Below, one piece after another: positions 1 to 13,289 of a DNA stretch of 64,000 nt. Positions within the stretch are counted from its first letter, which is position 1; every line of letters begins with the position of its first letter. A program made the translations under genes and the position numbers. The DNA is taken from positions 1,364,001-1,428,000 of the forward strand of contig MU057701.1 in NCBI GenBank assembly GCA_013265495.1. Direction: 5' to 3'. The notes beneath the pieces were generated by a model. The model was not told where the DNA came from. It saw only the letters and a list, made by a program, of their open reading frames with translations, and ran no database searches. This stretch comes from Vicugna vicugna (Eukaryota).

Positions 1-2469
1 CTCCTAATTGATAGAGCCATCCCATGAGCTAGTAATGCAAGCCGTTGGTAATTACAAAAAACCTACCGTGAAATTCATCTAAAATTAATGAAGAGACAGC
101 ACTGTGGATTTTAAATACAGAGGAAGTTATGGCCTTGGCTCTCAGTTACCCAAAGGCAGTTATCTCTTGTCAGTCTTTAAGCCTGGCTTTCCTTTGCTCC
201 CCATTGTGCCTGCGGACTCCCATCAGTTTACATTTCTCCTCATTCCTCCTCCAACACAGACCCATTTTAATGGAAAACTACCAAAAAATGCAGTGGATTT
301 CCAGGTCAATTGGGATTATCCACTCCACTTTTCTTTTCTATGAACACTGAGAAGAGGAAGGTCTAGCGTATTTAAAGAAGATAAGACATGTGGAAAACAA
401 AAACTTGGAAGTTGAAAACCAGCTAGATGAATAGAATATGTCTGCTTTTCCTGACTTCATTTTTTTTTAAAAGGAGCATTGTTCAGTACTTCATTCTGTA
501 TGTATGTCAGCATGTGAATGTCTCTAGATCAGCGCTCACGTAGACCATGATAGATGGCTGGGGTATTTTGAGGCTAAAATCTTTACTACTTTGGTGACAT
601 GTACTTTATAGGCACCCCTTGATTTAATAGGCGGGATCACTGGTCTGTATGTGCTTTTATGTGACTTGAAAAGGAACTGACTATTCCATTTAAATAGACT
701 TCAATTAGGATAATGGCTTTGAGACATCTCGCAATGGTACATTTTCTAGACTCTTAAGATAGAATTGTCAAATTATAGCAAATAGAGTTAGAAATTATTT
801 TGCAGTTTTCTCAGCAGATTATACTTTCTCCTTCTGTGCATCTGGAAACAATAGCTTAAAGTACCTTTTTGTGAAACTGATTATTTTCCAAATGTAATGG
901 TACCTTTTGGTTTAGAAGAAATGGTGGCAGGAGATTGTAGTCTGGGAGAGCAAGCAGAAAAAAGTCATTTTCAGCCTTTTATTGTACCTTTGGCCACATT
1001 TTTGAAGAAGACCAAAAATTGCCATATGTGTGAAAAAATATTGGTAACTGGGTAGACTTCAAATGAGAGTAAGATTTTAGAGTAACAAGGTCACTTTCTT
1101 CCGTGGCTTGTAAGAAGGAAAGGTGTGATCACAACGGATCCAGCAGCCAGGGTTGGTGAAAGTGAATATTTCATGCAATCTGTAGGATGTTTAAGTAAAT
1201 TTATGTGCTATTTAAATTTCCATGTTAGAAAAAGCTCATAGAGACCAGGGGTTTGTTTAAACAAAAATAAAAACTAAACTATTTTAAATGGGAAGGGGAA
1301 TGTGCATGTGTTAATTCCTATAGGATGTTGAAAAATTTAAAATATCCAGGACACAGTGTATTGAGGGAGCCAGAGACCAGTGGGAACAGTGACTTAAGGG
1401 TTCTGCTTTGATGTAGAAATGCTCAGTTGAAGGAAAAACCTGCCTAGGAGGAAAGTTTCTGTGGACATGTGCCCTGCATTTTGAGTGATGTACTAAAGCA
1501 TTGAAGACTCAACATTAATTTTGATCTTTCTTTGGAAGCTGGATAAAATAATGTGTTTCTGAGAAAAAAATAGTAAGTTATTATGAAGTGCCACAGCTTT
1601 GCAGTGGAAAACGCCAACATGCAAGAGTCCAAAGCAAATTCAGGAATCCACATTCTAAGTGCAGACCTCGCTGACTTGCCATATTGATTTCAGGGGCTAC
1701 ATGAGCCCCGAGGTCCAGCAGGCTTCATTGGGCACCCCAGAAATGTGAGGGATCCGCACCCACAAAAGGAGTGTGGTGGCTTATCCTCCGGTTTCCTAGT
1801 ATTTCTCCTGGGAAAAAGTGATCCCAAACAGTCTCCAACTAGGTAGAAACCTTGCTCAACAGAGACGGCTCTGAGAAACTTTGGCTTCCTGAAATAATGC
1901 GGAGGATGAAGTTCTGCCACCCCGTAGAAGAGTGGTTTAACTTCTTTTGGGACATACACCTCTTTGAGCCTCAGAACAGTATGAATTCTCTCCCTGGAAA
2001 ATCGCACAAGTCCACACAGACCAATTTTGCATGTAGACATAGGAAACCTTGATTTACAATAAGATGCAAGTTTCCGAAGAGAATTTTAGAAAGGAGTTTG
2101 CTGCTGTTACACCATTTTTCACTGGGGGGTCCAGACTCTTGCTTGAAAACGTACCTTGAGGGTTGTTGGCCACTAAGTTTTAGCAGGGCTGAAACATGCA
2201 GCCCGGCCTCATTTTGAGAGAATTTTACCATCCGAGAATAGTGCTTCTGGAAGGTGCAGCTCCCTACTGCCCGCAGGAGCTGGGGCCCAGGAGTTCCTGT
2301 CGGGAGCTTTTTGGAGAAGGGTCTTTTTGTCTAAGGGCAGTTTTATTGAAAAAGCGATTCCAACTCTGCATTTAATCACCTGGTTGCTTAGGTATGTTTT
2401 CCCTCAGAGTGAGAAGACTGATACAGCCTTTGACGTAGTGGGATTTTAGAGCCTGAAATTAATTTGTTA

Positions 2470-3160
2470 GGCAAATTACTTGTTTGTTAACTTTTGAATG
2501 ATGGCCATTCTGACTGGTGTGAGGTGATACTTCATTGTAGTTTTGATTTGCATTTCTCTTATAATTAGTGATATTGAGCATTTTTTCATGTGCCTATTGG
2601 CCGTTCATATGTCTTCATTGGAGAATTGCTTGTTTAGGTCTTCTGCCCGTTTTTGGATTGGGTTGTTTGTTTTTTTCGTATTAAGTTGTATGAACTGTTT
2701 ATATTTTCTGGAGATTAAGCTCTTGTCAGTCTCATCTTTTGCAAATATTTTCTCTCATTCCATATGTAGGTTGTCTTTGTCTGGCTTATGGTTTCCTTTG
2801 CTGTGCAAAAGCTTATAAGTTTAATTAGGTCGCATTTGTTTATTTTTGCTTTTATTTCTGTTGCTTGGGTAGATTACCCTAGGAGAACACTGCTGAGATT
2901 TATGTTGGATAATGTTTTGCCTATATTTTCTTCTAAGAGGTTTATAGTGTCTTGTCTTGTGTTTAAGTCTTTAAGCCATTTTGAGTTTATTTTTGTGTAT
3001 GGTGTGAGGGAGTATTCTAACTTCATTGAGTTACGTGCAGCTGCCCAATTTTCCCAACATCATTTGCTGAAGAGACTGTCTTTACTCTGTTGTATGTCCT
3101 TGCCTCCTTAGTCAAAGATTAATTGACCAAAAGTTTGTGGGTTTATTTCTGGGCTCTCTA
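2470..3160 (-). mobile_element. LINE-1 fragment (ORF2 C-terminal region)
   Basis: Typical antisense L1 text (gatggccattctgactggtgtgaggtgatac...ttgatttgcatttctct; ttagtcaaagattaattgacc); degenerate. Confidence 0.9.
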
Positions 3161-3909
3161 CAAATTCTATTTCTATTTCTATTTCTATTAGTAATAAAGG
3201 AGAAATTGCATGCTTTGTTATGGCATAACATGATTTCAGAATTCTCCCATTTGAGAATAGATGTTGTTAAGAAAGTACGTTGTGAAAACTGCCCATGTTG
3301 GATTTGTGTCCTGCTTTCCGATCCTCTGCTGCACTTTCCGGCGGCCCTCCCGTGTGAGACAAGCTGAGAGTGAGGTATTCCTGAACAAAGGCAGGCCCTG
3401 GAGCCACAGGTCTGAAGTCCTGTTGGTGGCAACAGCTCTTTAATTTCTACTTTTGAACCCTGGTGAATGATGACTTGCAGAGGAGCCTTTCTTTATGCCT
3501 TCAAGGTCTAAGAAGTCACCACCACCCAGGAGTATTCCTCCCTCTCCTGAAGGACCCTTATCTTTGACACAGCATCTGGGTTAGACTTTCCGTTTCCTAA
3601 AAGAAGTGCATTTCCCAGCAAAAACAACATTATACGAAGTGGTCCTATGAAAGGAAAGAGACCATGCCCACAGTCCTCAGTGAGGAAGGCCTGTGTTCCT
3701 GGGAGGGATATTAGTGAGTAGAGATGATCTGGGTTTTAAGTTAGATCTCACTTGCTTGTAGCAGCAGTGTAATAACATGTTACGTTTGGGAGCTAAAACC
3801 TGATGCCCAATTTCTAAAAATATATTCAACTGTAAATGATAGATTTATCTTTTGTACTATATGGAATTTTCTGAAAAGGACACAGTTAGGTTACTTAGGT
3901 ATTACATGC

Positions 3910-4160
3910 ATTGTTTGTTTATTCATTCAATCAGTAAATATTTTTAAGTGCTTGCTCTGTTCAAAACTGGGGACATGGCAATGAATGAACTATGTTTCTG
4001 CCCACATGGAGCATCTGTTCTGTGGGGCAGGTAACAAGTAAGCAGCTGTATAACATAATGTTCTGAAAAATAAAGAGAATAAGGGGATGGGGAGCCTGTT
4101 CTTTCAGAAGAAGGTGGTCAAGCAGGTCTTCCTGAGAAGGAAGCATTTGAACTGAGTCCT
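3910..4160 (-). mobile_element. L2 3' fragment
   Basis: ttcattcaatcagtaaatatttttaagtgc L2 tail pattern followed by degenerate L2-like body. Confidence 0.55.
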
Positions 4161-4525
4161 GCTATTATTTTTACTGCAAGAAATTTGGGGCAATAACAGT
4201 GGTCTTTGAGGCCATGGAATTCAGTGAGGCTCCTGTGCAGAGATTTCCACTGATAAATTTGAAGGACCTCTTGAAGAGTCAGGACTTTGGTGTCAGTGAC
4301 CTTTTGAGAGAGTGATCCGACCTTAATCTGGTTTGGTGCCCTCTTTCCTTACTGTCAGTTTTCCTGCGGCAAGAATAGGAGGAGAGAGGAAGTTGCTGCT
4401 GGCCTCTTGGCCGTGATTCAAAGCAAACCGAGCATCTCCCTTCTCCCCAGTTGGCTTCAAGCTCTGCCTCTGAAGCTCGCTATCTTCTCAACGCCTGGGT
4501 GCCCAGCAGTCTTTAAAATGCATGA

Positions 4526-6221
4526 GCCCATTTGTTTATTTTTGCTTTTGCTGCCCTTTTGCTGCTGAGGAGACAGATCCAAAAAGATACTGCTAAGACC
4601 AATGTCAGAGAGCCTACTGCCTCTGTTTTCTTCTAGGAGTTTTATGGTTTCAGGTCTTACATTTAAGTCTTTAATCCATTTTGAATTTATTTTTGTATAT
4701 GGTATAAGCAAATGGTCCAGTTTCATTCTTTTGCATCTAGCTATCCAGATTTCCCAACACCATTTATTGAAGAGGCTGTTTTTTTTGTCTATTGTATAGT
4801 CTTGCTCCTTTGTTGTTGATTAACTGACCACATAAGTATGGGTTTATTTCTGAGCTTTCTATTCTGTTCCATTGATCTGTGTATCTGTTTTTGTGCCAGT
4901 ACCATACTGTTTTGATTACTACTGTTTTATAGTATAGTTTGAAATCAGAGAATGTGATACCTCCAGCTTTGTTCTTCTTCCTCAAGATTGCTTTGGCTGT
5001 TTGTGGTCTTTTTTGGTTCCTTACAAATTTTAGGATTTTTTTGTTCTAGTTCTGTGAAAAATGCCATTGGTATTTTGAGAGGGATTGCATTGCATTTGTA
5101 GATTTTGCACAGTGAAGGAAACCATTAACAAAATGAAAAGGCAGCCTACTGAATGGGAGAAGATATTTGCAAGTGATATATCCGATACAGGGTTAATATC
5201 AAAATTATATAAAGAAATCATACAACTTAATATATATATAAAAAAAATTTTAAATATGGGCAGAGTACCTGAATAGACATTTCACCAAGGAAAACACAGA
5301 TGGCCAACAGAAACATGAAAAGATACTCAACATCACTAATCATCAGGGAAATGCAAATCAAAATCACAGTGAAATATCACCTCACACCTGTCAGCATGGC
5401 TGATCATCAAAAAGACAGCAAATAACAAGTGTTGGCAAGGGTGTGGGAATATGAAACCCTTGTGCCCTGTTGGTGGGAATGGAAATTGTTGCAGCCACTA
5501 TGGAAAACAGTATGAAGTTTCCTCAAAAAATTAAAAATAGAACTACCATATGATCCAGCAATTTCACTTCTGGGTATTTACCTGAAGAAAATCAAAAACA
5601 CTAATTTGAAAGAATATATGTGTCCCTGTGTTCATTGCAGCATTATTTATAATAGACAAGGTCTGGAACCAACCTCAAAGTCCATCGATAGATGAATAGA
5701 TAAAGAAGATGTGGTGTATATATACATTGAATATTACTCAGCCATAGAAAGGAATGGAAATAATGCCATTTGCAGCAACATGGATGGACCTAGAGATGAT
5801 CATATTAAGTGAAGTAAATCAGACAGAGAAATACAGACATTGTATAATCTCACTTATATGTGAAATCTAAAAAAAATCAAATGAAACAAATAGATACAGA
5901 GAACAAATTGGTGGTTGCCAGAGGGGAGAAGGGGGTGGGGTTGGGTGAGATAGGTGAAGAGGATTAAGTGGTACAAACTTCCAGTTATAAAATAAATAAG
6001 TCATGGGGATGTAACATACAACAGAAGGGAGAGTCAATAAGACTGTAACAGTTTTGTATAGTGACAGAAGGTTTACTAGACTTATCATGGTGATCATTTC
6101 GTATTGTGTTTAAATGTTGAATCATTGTGTTGTACACCTGAAACTAACTTAATCTTTATGTCAACTATTCTAAAAAAGAAAAAAATTAGGAAATTTTAAG
6201 AATAAGTATAAAAAATAAAAA
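4526..6221 (+). mobile_element. 5'-truncated, 5'-inverted LINE-1 (inverted 4526-~5103, sense ~5104-6221) with 12-bp TSD
   Basis: Minus-strand ORF2 peptides ([38 protein letters not shown]) abut plus-strand KETINKMKRQPTEWEKIF, 3'UTR and A-tail; TAAAATGCATGA at 4514-4525 and 6222-6233. Confidence 0.92.
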
Positions 6222-8509
6222 TAAAATGCATGAACTGACCCTTCAGTAGTCACTCCACGAGGTCTAACAACCTGAATGCTTTCCTTGGAATGCTCACCAC
6301 ATCCAGAGGCCACCTGACCTGAGCGTGGCCCCAAGTCCCAGACACAGGGACCCTGGGTGTGGGTGGAGGATTGCAGCTGTTGACTTCAGGCTGTTTTTTC
6401 TGATGTCATTTGAAGCATTGAATCACAGTTATAAAACAGTCTTCTAGGAAGCAGTATACTTCTGCCAGTGATGCTGCCACCATTCAGAACATTTTTTCAC
6501 TCGTGTCCGGTCAGTAAGCCCATAGTCCCAGGTACACTGATAACCAGTTTTGTGTGGGGCTGCAGTGACAGACCCATTGCCATACACTTGCCTTTCATCC
6601 TCAGACATCTGCTGTCACCATGCCCCGTGGCAGACCAGGAAACTGACCCTGAGCTGGTCAAGGAAAGAAGGGGACTGGCCACGCGAGGAAAAGCCTCTAC
6701 AGGGGCTTGTGTAGAACTCCTTTCACCCTCACACAGCTGCTGTGACGTAGACTTGATTTTTCCCATTTTGTAGATGAAAAACTGCAGCTCTTTTCTTACT
6801 CTTAACTCAAAACTTTGAGTGAGTTAGTGCGTGCTAAATGAGCTATTTGGGTGATACAGAAACCCCTCACTGCTTGTTTAGGGAACAGTTACTTTTTTCC
6901 TTCTCCGTTTCGGACTTTCTTGTTTGTTGCCTAGTTTAAATGAGGATGCCAAAACTTGAAGAATTTTTTTGAGTAGACTAATGAATGGAAAGATGTATCA
7001 GTTAGTGAACAGAACTCTTAGTACCTTTCTGACATCCACCCTGAGAGGTCAACAAGTGTCTGACTGTAAGATGTCCCACTAACTGATATTATTACTTGTC
7101 TACCCAAATGGGAGACTAATGGTTCCTTATGAATAACCTAAAACCAGTGGAAAGAGAGCTTGTTGCATAATGAGGTATTTTCTTGACGTCCAGAACGTCT
7201 CATAACACTGTGCAAGCAACATATACGATGAAACCATTTCAGAAATGCCTGCCTAACTTCAGCTTTGGGGAGTGTAGCTTTCATCCTCGAGAGGTCAGCT
7301 CACTTGCTCCAGGGACCCCTCCATGACTGATGCTCAAACTGACCAAGTCTCCCCGCTGGCTGTGCCCTCTGGTGCTCTTATGTTCCTTGTAGCTCTTGCA
7401 TTGATTGCTTGATTGTCCCCCCACAACCCCCATAAGCTCCCTGAGGTCCACTCTGCTGCTTTGTGAATTGTAAGGCAGTTACAGATGACAAGTACGGAAT
7501 GCTCAATCATGGCCTCTGCTCTCAGAGCTTAAATTCCACATGGCCAACAAGAAAAGTTAGGCTTAAATTAAACTGTTTGTGCAAACAGGCCTGTAACAGT
7601 ACATAAATTGTGAAATTAAGAGAGTTTTAGATCTACAGTCAACTCCAAATGCTTGTTTTATATACATAATAAATTGAGAGGAAAATAAGAGTTTGTCTTT
7701 AAGTGTTATTTTTGAAGTTAATTTCTACATGGCAGTACCTTGTATTTAAGATGAACGGTTCGTGGAGTAGATTACACTGGGAAAATCTGCGGTAGCAGGC
7801 CTGAGATGCCTGGTATCTCAGGGAAGGCGGAGACATCATAAAGTCACCAGGTGAGTAGTGATGTGGATTGAGCATTTGCTACAGGTGGAGCCTCATAGGG
7901 AGCCTCACCTTCCTTAGCCTCTCTTAGTGTCTCCGTGATGTCCCAGCTAACTGTAACCAGCTTCCCTAAAGATGGAAATTCTGTTCCCAAGGCACAGAAA
8001 AAGAGATGTGCAGTATTTGGGGGTTTTATGATTTTAGTACATGTAATAGAACATTTGCTTATAAAGCAGTGAATCAGAGGGGTGTGATGAGATAGGTGGG
8101 GCTGAGGGCTGATAGAGGCCTACTGGACTGCTTTTTGCTGTCTGCTTAGTTTATTACACCACAGAAAGTTCTTCCTGCCAGGGAGCACATTTCCTTAATG
8201 AGTTGATTGTCATCCCAAGCAAGCTTTGAGGGGCCTATAACAATAGAATAAGGGATGTTATAGCCTGTGCTGTGAATTACTGCAGCTTTTTAAAAGCACT
8301 TTTCAGTGCTTTCCTGAGTTGTCTTTAGACTCAAGGTCCACCCTGGAATTGATGCTCCTCTGGACGAATAGAGTGAAGGTCTTGGGCTTGGCATGCAGCC
8401 AGTGCTCAGTGAATGTTGAATGAATGGAAATCTTTCTTGAAGCACAGAGCACCTGTGGAAGGCTTCTGTTGACTCAGGGTTGATTTGATTGTGGAAATAT
8501 CTGAATGAG

Positions 8510-8730
8510 GTGAGGCAGTGCCATGCGGTGGTGAAGAGCGCGGCCTTGGCATCCCAGCTCTGCTAGTGAGTAGCTCTGTCACCTTGGTGAGTTGCCTAAA
8601 CCACTCTCAGTCTTTCTTCATCTATGAAAGGTGGAGGTAATAGTAGTACCTACCTTGGAGAGTTGTCAGGCGTAAGTGAGATATTGTTGGTGAAGCTCTT
8701 AGAGCCATGTAAAAGTGAACTGTTGTATTG
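8510..8730 (+). mobile_element. MIR SINE
   Basis: MIR core-like cccagctctgctagtgagtagctctgtcaccttggtgagttgcctaaaccactctcag...ttcatctatgaaag. Confidence 0.75.
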
Positions 8731-11187
8731 GTTCAGAATCTTTCCGGTACACCTTCACAGCTCTGTGTCCCTCTTGGACCTCTGTGGCCCTTGGCCCTCC
8801 TTTCCTCCAAGAAATAACTCCAGCTGCTTTTTGGTTGACTAGGGTACGTACTATTTAGCACATAAATTGTGTTCTTTACCACGGAAACTTAAGTGGCTGT
8901 CAAAAAGGTTTTGGAGGGAAAAAACCCTATATTTTCTCAAGAAGAGAATAACCATGATACATCTTAATTTAAACAGAGTAACTGCCAAACAGGTAGGATC
9001 TTTTGAGAACAAGTAGTATTACCTTGGTACACTTTCCTCCTTTATATCAGGGGGAGAGAGCAGTGTGGTTATTTATAACATTTCTGTACTGTCAGGTGCT
9101 CAGACTTACAGTTTATAAGGTGCTATCCCATTTATTCCTTCTCCCAGCAATCTGAGGGGTCGTGTTTCACCATCATGACCTTCATTTGACAGATTAGAAA
9201 ATCCATGCTCGGTGAGGCTTCTCCTGAACTGGGCTCTTCCCAGTGAGCCTCAGCTGTTCCAAGCAGCACACTTTGGGGTGTTGACTCGTCTGAGTGGGAT
9301 TTTATGAGATCCTAATCGCACCGCAATGGCCAGAAAGTCCTGCTTCTGTTTTGGCGTTTTGCTTTGGCAGAGTGTGTTCTCTGAGGACCCACATAAGCTG
9401 GCAGAAAAAACCCAGCAACAAACTCAGCATTAATCATCTGGGAAAGGGCAGGACACTGCTATTAGGTAGTTATTGGACCTGTGAACAGAAAAATATCAAG
9501 ATCACAACTTTACAGTGTTTGCTTGTTTGAAACGTCAAATGGAGCCCCAGTGCGGCCATCAGGTTTATTGTGCCTCCAGAATGAGATTAGACAATTTTGT
9601 TTCATGCTGTGTACTTGTATTTCTGGTTATGAAATGCTTCTTGTGCTTATTTTCTTGATAGCTGAAGAACAGTCCTTTCTCTTGTTACTCTGTGCATCCA
9701 ACTTTCTTTTTTATTTCACTTGCCTTTCATTTCTGCCTTCTTTCCAGTTTTGGGCTTTGAGACAGCAGTGAAATAGACCTTCAGGAATGGGCAGCTGTGG
9801 AGGCTCTGGCTGGGCTCAGTGTATACTCAGGGTCTGTGTTTGAGGGGCCCTCAACTCAAGGGGCAAGCAGGGAGATGAGGGGACGAGACCACAACTCAAG
9901 GGGCAAGGAATAAAGGCAAGTGCATCAAAGATCAGGAACAGAACTTTGTGTCCGATTGTGTCTTGTGTCTATGGAAGCAGTTGCCCACCATTGATCCTTC
10001 ATTTAAAATATCTGTAGTTGATTGATGAACCTTGATGGAATCTGGCCTTTTTTTTGTGTTGGTACAGAGCGTTAACCTCTTACAAAGCAATTTGCCTCTA
10101 ATGTGATGCCTTCTGTGAGGCCTGGATTGACTACTTACTGGTGCCCAGGAATAACTGGTACTGTATCTCCAACTGAGTTCCTGTGATTCCATCACCCTTT
10201 TCTCTGTATGTGTATGTATAAGTGTAATATGTTCCTGATATTCCAAGTTGATTTAGACCAGTGAGTCTCAATTCCATTTTGGGTATTGGAGGGGAGAGGT
10301 ATGTGCACATACATAGGCTGTGATTACTGGGAATTTTATTTCAAATTAATGTCTTCCAATCTCCCCATCTCAATTTTGATAATCCCTGATTGGGGGTGGG
10401 GTGGCTGAGTCATCTGTAGGAAGATGTTTCCTAGGATATTCTGGTATACCTCCTCTCCGCCCCATCCCAAAATGCACCTGCCCTTTGAGAGCCCGGATTA
10501 AGAAGGTGATTAGGGCTGGCCCATCATTGTCCTACCGCAGTCTGCTGTGTAGAGCTGACTGAGGCTGAGGGTTCCAGCCTGGCATCTGCCAGGGAACTCG
10601 TGGGAGCCAGGGCACCACTTTCAGCATTTCAAAAGGCTCAACAGAAACTATATGTTTACCCAGGATAAGAACACAAAAGCTACCCAAAACATCAAGTTTC
10701 CTTGCTTTTGTTTTGAATTTTGAGTCTGTATGGGTTCATGCTGATTCCAAGTTCTGATTGGCTGTGAATGACATAATAGAAATTTCTGAGACAGGATTGG
10801 TCTAACTCTAGACGTTGTTACTAGAGCTGCTGTCAGGTCTCACTCCCCAAACTGAACATGTTCAGTACCTTTAGAATGAGCCTGACCTTGAATGTGAGTG
10901 CCCTTGACTATCACAATTAAGCAACTGATTGTTTCTTGTTTACTTAGCTGTGCGTATCTTCATCACACCTGTGGCAGTGATTTGCTTTCAGTGTTATTAT
11001 GAACTGTATAAATGTGGATTATTGACTAAAATTTGAATCAGCACTGAATGGAAAAATTATACACAGAATCAGTCAACTACTGTAAAACATCATTTGTTAG
11101 ACTCTTGCAAAACATGTGGCCAGCCTGGGGAAGAGACAAAAAAGAGGTTAGTAAAACTGCATTATCTCATTCAATGCCCTCATTTTA

Positions 11188-11424
11188 TTTTTTTAAAACA
11201 TTTTTTATTGATTTCTAATCATTTTACAATGTTGCGTCAAATTCCAGTGTAGAGCACAATTTTTCAATTATACATGAACATATATATATTCATTGTCACA
11301 TTCCTTTCTCTGTGAGCTACCATAAGATCTTGTATATATTTCCCTGTGCTATACAGTGTAATCTTGTTTATCTATTCTACAGTTTTGAAATCCCAGTCTA
11401 TCTCTTCCCATCCCCACCCCCTTG
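11188..11424 (-). mobile_element. Young L1 3'-end fragment (~240 bp) with perfect 17-bp TSD
   Basis: T-rich tail then antisense L1 3'UTR; TCAATGCCCTCATTTTA at 11171-11187 and 11425-11441. Confidence 0.9.
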
Positions 11425-11499
11425 TCAATGCCCTCATTTTAAAAATGATCATTTTAACCAACTTTGCACTAAAAGCAAAGATAATTCACAGTAAAACAC

Positions 11500-11672
11500 T
11501 ATTTTTTAAAATTATTTTTTATTTTTTATTTTTTTTAATTGAAGTACAGTCAATTACAGCATGTCAAACTCTGGTGTACAACAAATGCCCCAGTCATGCA
11601 TATTCATACATATATTTGTTTTCGTATTTTTTTCCATTAAAGGTTATTACAAGATATTGAACGTAGTTCCCT
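11500..11672 (-). mobile_element. L1 3'-end fragment (different subfamily)
   Basis: T-rich tail plus ttaattgaagtacagtc...ggttattacaagatattgaacgtagttccctg. Confidence 0.8.
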
Positions 11673-12019
11673 GAGTAAAGTGCCAACTATTAACACTTAG
11701 TTTCTATAGCTCCTAGGATCCTAATGGTCGCGTATGTTATTTTTACGTGTTGTGTTTGATGTACGCATTCCATCCCAGGTTCTCCTTTTTCGTTTTGACT
11801 ACACTCTACAGGCCTTTCCATTTTCCTACTTTACCCCTGTTTTCATCATTCTTAATGGTCACAGCTACCTGGGCTAAACCTGAGGTCAGACAGTTGGGAC
11901 AGTCTAGTTCAGGTGATGGGAGAAGGTGGAGACCCATCTGTTTGATCCTTGTTAGGCTGGTGGGGTCAACTCCTGCCAGCTCTGCGTAGGTGAAAAAGAT
12001 GTGCTCACACCTGTTGTGG

Positions 12020-12240
12020 ACGCTGGTAATAATAGTTTACATTTGCTGTGTTCTTTCCTAATTTCCCCAGCAGCCCCTATGAGGTAGGCAGTATTATCAC
12101 CATTTTATTTATGTATGAGGGGAAAGAGGCTTTTTGCAGTGACTTGTCCACGGTCACATGCTGGTAAGCAGTTGGCCTGGGACCCGAAGCTGGGTCTCTT
12201 CAATGCCAGGTTTCTTAACCAGGTTTTTCTGTGCACCACT
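12020..12240 (-). mobile_element. MIR SINE
   Basis: cagcccctatgaggtaggcagtattatcaccatttt...gtgacttgtccacggtcacatgctggtaag. Confidence 0.75.
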
Positions 12241-13289
12241 GGGCCCATCCAGCTCTCAGCTTACTTCAGAAAACTAACCACCTTCCACCTTAATGCTTGC
12301 AACAGACACATCTATTCATGTGTACTAAAGTCACAGAGGCTTAATATTAAATCAAGGTAGAGTAAATGCTACGGACAAGCAGCTCCCATACACAATAGGG
12401 ATTTTCAGTCTTCCTAAGGGCAGAGTGGTATGAAGGCCAGCCCGTTCCATTCTTTAGTTGACCTTGAAGTTTCTCGAACTTGAGTGGGCACAACAGTGAC
12501 CACATGAGGTCACGTGAAGCATATATACAAATACTTTGGAGACTCCAGGGGTTCTTAGGTGTGATTTTGGCTGTAGGTAGCTTTTTGTCCTGACTCTAGA
12601 ACCAGTCCCTCCTGGGGAGTGGCCACCAAGTTCCTATGCATGCTAATTAGACATTATCTGTGTGCCCTGCTCCATTCTCTGGACAAATTAAAAATTTTCC
12701 CCATGTTCTCCCTGATGTCTTTTTCTGTGGCAACGCTGAGAAGTCAATGAAGCAGCCGCTCTGGGGCATGGAGCGAGCCCCGCTCTGACTGCCACCTGGG
12801 CTCCCAAGTCTCTGGGGGCAGGCAGGTTTAATGCCTCTGTACTTTTCCAGGGTCTTGGTTCTGTTGAATGAGATAATTTCACACATGAATTAAAGCAGAC
12901 TCATGTCCTTAGGCTGGTTTGGAAACTGGAGTTCAGACTCTTGAAGTCTGGCTGGGGAGATGGGTGAAAAGTGTCTGGTTTTACCCTCTGGGCCTTTGGC
13001 TTCCTGTTCGCCAGAATTGTCTTTTTTCTGGAGTGTGACCCTATTTCTGAACTCAGAATGTGTTTTTCTTTTGCGTATGTTACAAACAGTGGTTCTGTAT
13101 AGTTGGAAAGGTACATTTGTACCATAGTTGTTATATTGTGGGTTACGTACATTTTATTTATTTCCCATTTATTTTTCTTCCGGATAAATGGATTTTGAAC
13201 TTCAAACAATTGACTTACTGATGAACTTTTGGAACTCAGTCTACTGGTGGTTGAGGATTCACTGTCTCTGATTACTTGAGTGATATAAA

